DNA of 17,160 nt from Spirochaetia bacterium (GTDB lineage Bacteria; Spirochaetota; Spirochaetia; Treponematales; Breznakiellaceae). The translations under genes and the position numbers were made by a program. Location of the stretch: the NCBI GenBank assembly GCA_025997795.1, contig BNVB01000054.1, positions 1 through 17,160 of the forward strand, given 5' to 3'. Below the pieces are notes generated by a model. It saw only the letters and a program-made list of their open reading frames with translations. It searched no databases and had not been told where the DNA came from. Shown here piece after piece: positions 1 to 6,233 of this stretch (positions are counted from its first letter, which is position 1; each line of letters opens with the position of its first letter).

Positions 1-1
1 T

Positions 2-142
2 CCCATTGCGGCGGGTCTTTTGTACCTGTTCGGTGGGCCGCTTCTCAATCCCATATTTGCCGCCGCCGCCATGAGTCTTTCTTCGGTGTCGGTATTAACC
101 AATGCCCTGCGGCTCAAACGGTTTAAGCCGGCAAAGTTATAA
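2..142 (+). CDS. Heavy-metal (copper-type) translocating P-type ATPase, C-terminal fragment (5' end outside window)
   Basis: Frame 2 translates to [46 protein letters not shown] with a TAA stop at 140-142. This matches the conserved last transmembrane helix and C-terminus of P1B-type ATPases (the [18 protein letters not shown] motif). Confidence 0.7.
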   Translation, partial: PIAAGLLYLFGGPLLNPIFAAAAMSLSSVSVLTNALRLKRFKPAKL

Positions 143-162
143 CATACAGGAGGTTAGACAAA

Positions 163-858
163 ATGAAAAAGACAAGTGTTTTTATAGCAGCGGCTTTTTT
201 GGGGCTGCTGGTAATGGTAACGGTTTCCTGCGGCAAAGGCGGAGGTATTTCTTCGCTTGATGTGGTGGGCAAAGATTCGGTCACTTCGTTTGACAGATTA
301 TTGAAAGCTGCGCCGCAGTTGGTAACAGAGGACGAAATGAACGGCGGCTGGTCGATTGCTGCACCGGATAGCGAAGCGTGGTTTGTGTGGAGTTGGGATT
401 ACAGCACAAGCCCCCTGCATGATGTGATGCTGGTATTCGACGCAAAGCCTTTTATCAATGCGGGACTTGAAATCGAAAAACTGCCCGAAGACATAGCCTA
501 TTATGATGATATGATTATGGTAGGCACCATGTTGGGTAATGACAAATTTTCCGGCAAGGGTTCCGCTCTTTCATCTTACGAAGAAATCGTGAAACGATAC
601 CGGGCTTCGATTGGCTATCATGGTGCCCTTGACCACTACGGCGTGAATGTCGGCGGCGGCAACCTGTTTGAATGGGCCAAAGATATGGGTACCAATGACA
701 AAGATATGGTTTTTGTACTTAATCCTGAACCGTTTATAACGGCAGGAGTTGATCCAAACGCTATTTCCGGGTGGGCCTTCGCTCCGGTTACGGTAGACGA
801 TGAAAATGGGAAGCCCGTACAGGTGGACAAAATCCTCAAGCCGTTTAACTTGTTGTAA
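163..858 (+). CDS. Hypothetical lipoprotein (231 aa)
   Basis: There is an AGGAGG ribosome-binding site at 149-154, 8 nt before the ATG. The N-terminus MKKTSVFIAAAFLGLLVMVTVSCGKGG is a signal peptide with a lipobox-like VSC. The ORF is clean and is followed by an intrinsic terminator. I recognise no domain. Confidence 0.7.
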   Translation: MKKTSVFIAAAFLGLLVMVTVSCGKGGGISSLDVVGKDSVTSFDRLLKAAPQLVTEDEMNGGWSIAAPDSEAWFVWSWDYSTSPLHDVMLVFDAKPFINAGLEIEKLPEDIAYYDDMIMVGTMLGNDKFSGKGSALSSYEEIVKRYRASIGYHGALDHYGVNVGGGNLFEWAKDMGTNDKDMVFVLNPEPFITAGVDPNAISGWAFAPVTVDDENGKPVQVDKILKPFNLL

Positions 859-921
859 GGGCGGAGGAGAAAAAAGTAAAAGGCTTGTTGAAAAGCTGTA
901 ACCGCAGCTAAACAGGCCGAA

Positions 922-959
922 CCCCGGATTTTCGCCTCCGTGCGAATCCGGGGTTTTTT
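922..959 (+). terminator. Rho-independent terminator
   Basis: CCCCGGATT (922-930) and AATCCGGGG (945-953) form a perfect 9-bp stem, followed by a run of six T (954-959). It lies 64 nt after the lipoprotein stop. The stop codon of the convergent flotillin gene abuts it. Confidence 0.75.
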
Positions 960-2421
960 ACCCTTTGGGATTTTCAGATTTTGGTTTTGTCAATTTGTCT
1001 ATGAGACTCTTGCCTATATCAGTTTGCGCAAGTCCTTCAAGCGCTCCTGCAATACTTAAACCGCCTTTTGGAGACAGCACTTCTGATACGGATTTTAATC
1101 CGCTTATTGCGTCTCCTGCATTGGCAATAATTTTAATCTCGGCGCGTCCCAGGTTCTTTGCTTGTTCTATTCCTATATCACGGTTTGCTTTAACCTGCTC
1201 GATGGTGATGAGGTATTGTTGATAGCCTTCATTTTCACCGACTTCTTTTGCGAGAGTGGTTTGGGCAACTACAGAGGCAAGCTGACGGGCCTTTTCGGCT
1301 TCACCTTCCGCAAGACCTATTGCTTCTTTACCTTCCGCCTCTGCCTTCATCTGTGCCAATTTACCTTCTGCGGTTGCTTCCAATTTATACTTTTCAGCAT
1401 CAGCTTCTTTTGATATGGCAATTTTTGCCGCTTCCGCGGTAATTTCCCTTTGGTATTTTGCCGCGTCGGTTTCAACCCTTATTTTACTTTGTGCGGCTTC
1501 CGCCGTTAATCTGACAACCTCTTTTTGCTGTTCCGCAGTAACAATGGCAGATTGTTTGGTAATTTCTGCCGCACGTACGGTATTTACCTCTTGAACGGCC
1601 ATTTGCTTTGTGGCGGTAATCTTCATCTCTTCCTGTATAGCTTGTTCGGATTGCTGCTGCGCTATACCCACCGCCTGAGTTGATTTCGCTGTCGCCTCAC
1701 CTGATAAACGCGCAGCCTCAGCTTTAGCAACTTCTATTTCTTTGTTAGCTTCAATTTCAGCCTCTTGCGCTTTTTGATTATTTAATGCTACGACTTCCCG
1801 GGATTCTTTTTCGATCTCGGATTTACGCTTGGCCATAATATTACTGATAACAGTAGACCCTTTCGCGTCTTTAATATCCATCAATTCGATATTCTTGACC
1901 GGTATGACACCCCAATTTGCAAGTTCATCTTTTGTGTCATTAGTAAATATTTCACCATATTTACTTCGTTCACCCATAATTTCTATTAGAGGGGAATTGG
2001 CTAATATAGAACGAACCGATCCTTGAACTATACCGGTCAAATGATCCATAAGCTCTTTCATATCGGTAACGCGGGTCGCTGCTTTATCGGTGTCTTCTAT
2101 ACGGAAAAATGCTTTTACATCAACATTAAACGGCACACGATCTTTATCATATGCCTCATATTCACTTAGATCCAAATCAAAGTTCGATACCGATAATTTC
2201 CGGGAAGTGATGCCGATACCAGGCAGACATGCAGGCCAATTATAATACACATTGCCGCCAATTTTACCGGTGCCATAGGAAATAGTTTTCTTTCTATGCT
2301 GAACAATATGCACAACATCAGAGGCTACAACAACGCGGCGGGACATAATCCACAGAAGCAATACAAGAAACACCGCTCCGCCGGCAATTAATAAAATCAT
2401 AGTAAAATTAGTAAAATCCAT
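958..2421 (-). CDS. Flotillin-like SPFH/Band-7 domain protein (YqiK/FloT-type), 487 aa
   Basis: An N-terminal transmembrane helix (FTMILLIAGGAVFLVLLLWIM) is followed by an SPFH domain, a long Ala/Glu/Lys-rich coiled coil (EAEIEANKEIEVAKAEAARL... repeats) and a flotillin C-terminal region. The ORF track begins at a TTG at 2436. The better start is the ATG at 2419-2421, preceded by GAAGGAG with 6-nt spacing. Confidence 0.88.
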   Translation of the reverse strand: MDFTNFTMILLIAGGAVFLVLLLWIMSRRVVVASDVVHIVQHRKKTISYGTGKIGGNVYYNWPACLPGIGITSRKLSVSNFDLDLSEYEAYDKDRVPFNVDVKAFFRIEDTDKAATRVTDMKELMDHLTGIVQGSVRSILANSPLIEIMGERSKYGEIFTNDTKDELANWGVIPVKNIELMDIKDAKGSTVISNIMAKRKSEIEKESREVVALNNQKAQEAEIEANKEIEVAKAEAARLSGEATAKSTQAVGIAQQQSEQAIQEEMKITATKQMAVQEVNTVRAAEITKQSAIVTAEQQKEVVRLTAEAAQSKIRVETDAAKYQREITAEAAKIAISKEADAEKYKLEATAEGKLAQMKAEAEGKEAIGLAEGEAEKARQLASVVAQTTLAKEVGENEGYQQYLITIEQVKANRDIGIEQAKNLGRAEIKIIANAGDAISGLKSVSEVLSPKGGLSIAGALEGLAQTDIGKSLIDKLTKPKSENPKG

Positions 2422-2507
2422 AATTTGCTCCTTCAAAAATCACCAAATCCCTGTTTCTCAAATACAAGCTGCCATGGCCCAGCTTCCTGACTTGGGCTGG
2501 TAAAATT

Positions 2508-2795
2508 ATGGCACTGATAAAATCAGTATGTCAAGGGGTCGCCAAAGGCAGCCTGTTCCAGGACATTAAAATACCCTTGAAAATTATATGGGTAACTATA
2601 TAATATACTGGAAGAAAGCAACGTATTACCAATATTTTTGCTACAGCCAAAGGCAAAAAAGCCGTTGATGGAATTATCGCTGACAATAAAAAGCTGGCAA
2701 AAGAAGTATCTGCCGCTCTTTGTGCGGAAGATCAAATCGTACTTATCGAATTATTGGAACGTCTGTTTGTCTCTCTGGAAAAAACAAATGATTAA
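2508..2795 (+). pseudogene. Decayed MarR/winged-helix-like regulator remnant, interrupted by an in-frame TAA at 2601-2603
   Basis: Frame 3 reads MALIKSVCQGVAKGSLFQDIKIPLKIIWVTI*YTGRKQRITNIFATAKGKKAVDGIIADNKKLAKEVSAALCAEDQIVLIELLERLFVSLEKTND*. The segment after the stop resembles the MarR wing and C-terminal dimerisation helix (DRR-x-LTxKG...L...L). The whole ORF is too short for MarR, it carries an internal stop, and it sits directly upstream of a MATE exporter, which is the usual position of a MarR partner. Confidence 0.3.
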
Positions 2796-4152
2796 GGGGG
2801 TATATGTGAAGAAAGATTCAACTTGGTTTTTTGAAGAAGCGCCCGCTTCAAGGGCGATAGCGCATTTTGCAGTACCGATGATGATTGGGATGCTGGTATT
2901 CATTGTTTATAATCTTGTGGATACGCTGTTCATAGGGATGCTGGGCGATCCAAATTTTATCGCCGCCGTTACCCTGGCTGTGCCGTTATTTACCCTAACA
3001 ATGGGATTGGGCGGCATTTTTGGCATAGGAGCCGGAACCTATATTTCCCGGCTCCTGGGAGAGAAAAATTATTCAACGGTAAAAAACGTTTCTGCCTTTG
3101 TTTTTTACAGCATTATCGGCATCGGTATCATCGTTACAGCGCTTGGCTTTATCTTTCTAAAACCGGTTTTAGCTGTTTTAGGAACTTCCCCCGGCACCTT
3201 TAATCCAACCCGCGATTATGTAATGATTTTTATTGCGGGATTTATCCCCGTTATGTTAAGTTTTGCGCTGGGGCAGATTGTACGCGCCGAAGGCGCCGCC
3301 AAAGTTTCCATGATGGGAAACGTGATAGGGACCGTTTCCAACATCGCCCTTGATCCCATTTTTATTTTTGTGTTCGGGTGGGGCCTTAAAGGCGCTGCTT
3401 TTGCTACGGTACTTGGGTATTTATTAGCGACATTGTTTTATGTTTTTTATCTAACCCGGAGAAGCAAATTCCTTTCATTAAAGTTAAGCGATTTCAGAAT
3501 GAACAAGGAAATTGCAAAACCAATTTTTTCAATCGGGCTTCCGGCATTTCTGCAAGACGCTGTTGTAATTGCAGTGTCTCTTGTTCAAAATAATCTTGCC
3601 GCCGCCTATGGCGATATTTTTATCGCGGTCATCGGCGTTATTTTAAAAGTGGGTATGCTGCCAAGGGCTTTAGCGCGCGGTCTTTGCATGGGTGTACAGC
3701 CGCTTTTGGGTTATAACTTTGCGGCAAAAAATATCAAACGCCTAAAAAGAATAATGAAACTTACCGGAACATACAGCACCGTTCTTGGCATGGTGATCTT
3801 TGCCGGGATGTTTATTGCCGGTACAAATGTGCTAAAAGCGTTTATAAGCGATACCGATATAATTGCTCTCGGAATGCCGTTTTTGCGTATTTCACTGGTG
3901 TCGTTCCTCACGTATGGCATTACATTCTTGTTTACGAGTCTTTTTCAGGCAACAGGCCTTGCAAAACCGGCGTTTGCGATGTCCCTTGCCCTGCTTTATA
4001 TTTTTCTTCCGGTTTTGCTTTTTGCAAATTATACGATAGGCATTAGAGGTTATGCATGGGCACTGCCGCTTACCGATATATTAACCATGGTCTTGGGTGT
4101 CATATTATACCGGATTAACCGGGAAAAAATTATGGCGCAAACCCGTTCGTAG
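2788..4152 (+). CDS. MATE family multidrug/sodium efflux transporter
   Basis: The protein has 12 predicted transmembrane segments with the MATE-type topology and two homologous halves. The N-terminus RAIAHFAVPMMIGMLVFIVYNLVDTLFIGMLG is the conserved MATE helix 1. The start is either the ATG at 2788 or the GTG at 2806 (an AAGGGGG site 5 nt upstream). The TTG start at 2638 in the ORF track is an artefact. Confidence 0.85.
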   Translation: MIKGVYVKKDSTWFFEEAPASRAIAHFAVPMMIGMLVFIVYNLVDTLFIGMLGDPNFIAAVTLAVPLFTLTMGLGGIFGIGAGTYISRLLGEKNYSTVKNVSAFVFYSIIGIGIIVTALGFIFLKPVLAVLGTSPGTFNPTRDYVMIFIAGFIPVMLSFALGQIVRAEGAAKVSMMGNVIGTVSNIALDPIFIFVFGWGLKGAAFATVLGYLLATLFYVFYLTRRSKFLSLKLSDFRMNKEIAKPIFSIGLPAFLQDAVVIAVSLVQNNLAAAYGDIFIAVIGVILKVGMLPRALARGLCMGVQPLLGYNFAAKNIKRLKRIMKLTGTYSTVLGMVIFAGMFIAGTNVLKAFISDTDIIALGMPFLRISLVSFLTYGITFLFTSLFQATGLAKPAFAMSLALLYIFLPVLLFANYTIGIRGYAWALPLTDILTMVLGVILYRINREKIMAQTRS

Positions 4153-4292
4153 GCCAAGCCCGCTGCTGCGGGCGCAGCGTATACAGCCAGAACGTTAGGT
4201 GAAGCAAAATCCTATTACCACCAAGAACCTGCTTACACGGGGGAGATGGACGGCAGGTGGACTAACGATTTAGCCAACAGAATTTTTATATT

Positions 4293-4565
4293 TTATGCAT
4301 TTGCCCTATTATTATACTTCTTGGCATATAGATCCAATACCTCATTTATCATTGTTTGGTATTTCACCTTGTTTTTTTCTGCATATTTTTTAAAAAAATC
4401 AACACTGGTACTATTTAAAGTAATAGTGATTTTTACCTTAGGTTCTCTTTTTATGAGTTGTTCAGGCGGTGGCAAAAAGTCCGCTATTATTTCACCTTCC
4501 ATAATATTTTTTGATATGGTTTTAGGTGCATTAACGTACCTTGTTTTTTTGTTCATATTTTTCAT
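4293..4565 (-). CDS. brnA: BrnA-family antitoxin (type II TA), about 90 aa
   Basis: The location immediately downstream of and overlapping a BrnT gene supports the call. The C-terminus (KVKITITLNSTSVDFFKKYAEKNKVKYQTMINEVL) has the size and fold class of BrnA, a CopG/RHH-like family. The start was chosen at the ATG at 4563-4565 because of a strong Shine-Dalgarno sequence (GGAGGGAAGG) 4 nt upstream on the minus strand. The 105-aa ORF from 4610 would overlap brnT by 80 nt. Confidence 0.65.
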   Translation of the reverse strand: MKNMNKKTRYVNAPKTISKNIMEGEIIADFLPPPEQLIKREPKVKITITLNSTSVDFFKKYAEKNKVKYQTMINEVLDLYAKKYNNRANA

Positions 4566-4809
4566 ATCCTTCCCTCCAGTATCCCGCACCAAATATGCGG
4601 ATATTTTCATTTCTCATAGTAAATCTTACTGTTACTATGCCATTTCCATCATTTCCTATACAAAAAAATCTTTCCTCTTTTTTTGAATGTTTTTTATCTT
4701 TTATTATCACACGGTTTTTATCAAAAAATGCTCCTTGTACCGTTTCAAATGAGACATGGTGTTTCTCTATATTATCCAGATTCTTTTCTTCATCCCATTC
4801 AAAGGTCAT
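4531..4809 (-). CDS. brnT: BrnT-family toxin (DUF497 ribonuclease toxin), 92 aa
   Basis: The N-terminus MTFEWDEEKNLDNIEKHHVSFETVQGAFFD matches the BrnT signature (F-x-WD-x-x-K-x-x-N-x-x-KH-G/x-VSFEEA). The C-terminus RIFGAGYWRE is the typical RIIS-A-R motif region. The gene is followed by an antitoxin gene that overlaps it by 35 nt. Confidence 0.8.
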   Translation of the reverse strand: MTFEWDEEKNLDNIEKHHVSFETVQGAFFDKNRVIIKDKKHSKKEERFFCIGNDGNGIVTVRFTMRNENIRIFGAGYWREGYEKYEQKNKVR

Positions 4810-4816
4810 ACATATA

Positions 4817-4845
4817 ATATTACATACTTTTTACCATAGTGTCAA
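4817..4845 (-). promoter_or_regulatory. Sigma70-type promoter for brnT-brnA (TTGACA, 17-nt spacer, TAATAT), near-leaderless
   Basis: On the minus strand, TTGACA (plus-strand 4840-4845) is followed by a 17-nt spacer and TAATAT (plus-strand 4817-4822). The ATG of brnT lies only 7 nt downstream of the -10 element and has no Shine-Dalgarno sequence. The -10 is embedded in CATACATATAATATTACATAC, which contains ACATA direct repeats and could be the BrnA operator. Confidence 0.5.
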
Positions 4846-4920
4846 CCATATTTTGAAATAAACTTGATTCTTTTCTATAACCGTATGATTTTTTATTCCT
4901 CCTGAATTACTGTATCCATC

Positions 4921-4949
4921 TTGCAGCTTTTATGAATACATGATATAAA
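4921..4949 (+). promoter_or_regulatory. Candidate sigma70 promoter for the MFS transporter (TTGCAG, 17-nt spacer, TATAAA), start codon 6 nt after the -10
   Basis: TTGCAG at 4921-4926 is followed by a 17-nt spacer and TATAAA at 4944-4949. The ATG at 4956 has no ribosome-binding site. Both features suggest a leaderless transcript divergent from brnT. Confidence 0.35.
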
Positions 4950-4955
4950 AAATTG

Positions 4956-6230
4956 ATGGAAATCAATTGGAAAAAGAACACCGTACTTTTTTTAGCAGGA
5001 CAGGCTTTGTCGCTTTTTGGATCAACGGTGGTTCAATATGCCATTCTATGGCATATAACGCTTAAAACCCAATCGGGAACCATGATGACCGTCTTTGCCA
5101 TAGCCGGATTTATCCCCGCGTTTCTCATTTCGCCTTTTGGCGGCGTGTGGGCGGACAGGTTTAACCGAAAATATATTATCAACATAGCGGACGGAGGCAT
5201 CGCCCTTGCCAGTTTGATTGTGGCGGTTTTTTTATTTTTTGGATTTGATAATTTTGGCATTTTATTAATCTGCGCTGTGGCGCGTTCCTTTGGGCAGGGT
5301 GTTCAAAGCCCGGCGGTAGGGGCATTTATTCCGCAGATTGTACCCGAAGAACATTTAACCAAAATCAACGGTATACAAAGCAGTATATTTTCCTGTGTCA
5401 CCCTGACTTCTCCCATGCTCAGCGGCGCGCTTATGACTTTTGCGCCCCTGGAAGTGATGTTTTTGTTTGATGTGGTTACGGCCGCCGTTGGCATTGGTAT
5501 ACTGTTCTTTTTTGTAAAAGTGCCATCACTCGAAAAAAAGGAACAGGCGGAAATTTCCGTGGAAATTTCCGTGGAAAGTTCCGCGCAACTTTCCGTAGAA
5601 GGGCAAAAAGGAATATCCTATTTCCATGACTTGAAAGAGGGACTAATATATATCAAAAAACATGGATATGTTTTACGGCTCTGTATCTTTATGGCTCTCT
5701 TTATGATACTCGCTTCTCCTTCTGCTATGTTAACTCCTCTTCAGGTAACAAGAAAGTTTGGCGCCGAAGTTTGGCACCTCACCGCCATAGAAATGACTTT
5801 TTCAATCGGGATGCTGCTGGGAGGACTCCTCATAGGCGTTTGGGGAGGATTCAAAAACCGTGTCTATACCATGACTTTTGCTTTTCTGTTCTACGGCATG
5901 GGCATTATCTTGCTCGGGCTGGTAGCCAACTTTTGGATATATCTTGCTATTTTTGCATTTATCGGCATAACGATGCCGCTTTTCAATACGCCTGCTACGG
6001 TTTTGATACAAACAACCGTTGACCCCATGTATATGGGGAGGGTATTTTCCGTTATCGGCATGATATCCAGCGTTATGATGCCGACAGGAATGTTGATTTT
6101 TGGTCCCGTTGCGGATAAAGTGTCTATAGATATTCTTTTAATTGGAACAGGTATCGCATTGATGTTATTGGCTATTCCCTTTGTCGCCAATAAAACATTG
6201 CGTGAAATAGGGATAAGTCATTTAAAATAA
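4956..6230 (+). CDS. MFS (major facilitator superfamily) transporter, 424 aa
   Basis: The protein has 12 transmembrane segments in two 6-TM halves joined by a central cytoplasmic loop. The conserved motif GxxxDRxGRK-like sequence (GGVWADRFNRKYI) lies between TM2 and TM3. The ORF-track start at 4953 is a TTG. The ATG at 4956 is preferred. Confidence 0.85.
   Translation: MEINWKKNTVLFLAGQALSLFGSTVVQYAILWHITLKTQSGTMMTVFAIAGFIPAFLISPFGGVWADRFNRKYIINIADGGIALASLIVAVFLFFGFDNFGILLICAVARSFGQGVQSPAVGAFIPQIVPEEHLTKINGIQSSIFSCVTLTSPMLSGALMTFAPLEVMFLFDVVTAAVGIGILFFFVKVPSLEKKEQAEISVEISVESSAQLSVEGQKGISYFHDLKEGLIYIKKHGYVLRLCIFMALFMILASPSAMLTPLQVTRKFGAEVWHLTAIEMTFSIGMLLGGLLIGVWGGFKNRVYTMTFAFLFYGMGIILLGLVANFWIYLAIFAFIGITMPLFNTPATVLIQTTVDPMYMGRVFSVIGMISSVMMPTGMLIFGPVADKVSIDILLIGTGIALMLLAIPFVANKTLREIGISHLK
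5549..5596. repeat. Four-unit 12-bp in-frame tandem repeat (GGAAATTTCCGT x2 perfect plus 2 degenerate) inside the MFS central loop
   Basis: The sequence is GGAAATTTCCGT GGAAATTTCCGT GGAAAGTTCCGC GCAACTTTCCGT. It encodes EISV-EISV-ESSA-QLSV. Each perfect unit contains the 10-bp perfect palindrome GGAAATTTCC. Confidence 0.85.
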
Positions 6231-6233
6231 CCA

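Noticed and set aside
2437-2787. Possible riboswitch or structured leader upstream of the MATE gene
   Set aside because: No conserved riboswitch core (e.g. guanidine/ykkC-like) is recognisable. The region reads better as a decayed protein-coding remnant (MarR-like).
4158-4190. Hairpin GCCCGCTGCTGCGGGCGCAGCG between the convergent MATE and brnA genes as a terminator
   Set aside because: The stem is short and imperfect and no U-tract follows on either strand. It may aid termination, but I cannot support it as an intrinsic terminator.
4246-4861. Plus-strand ORFs 4246-4686 (146 aa) and 4541-4861 (106 aa)
   Set aside because: They are antisense shadows of the well-supported brnT/brnA genes. Their translations are low-complexity F/I/L/Y-rich sequence typical of AT-rich antisense reading. 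No ribosome-binding site is present.
5549-5596. CRISPR-like array
   Set aside because: It has only 12-bp units with no spacers. It is in-frame inside a transporter gene. It is a coding microsatellite, not CRISPR.
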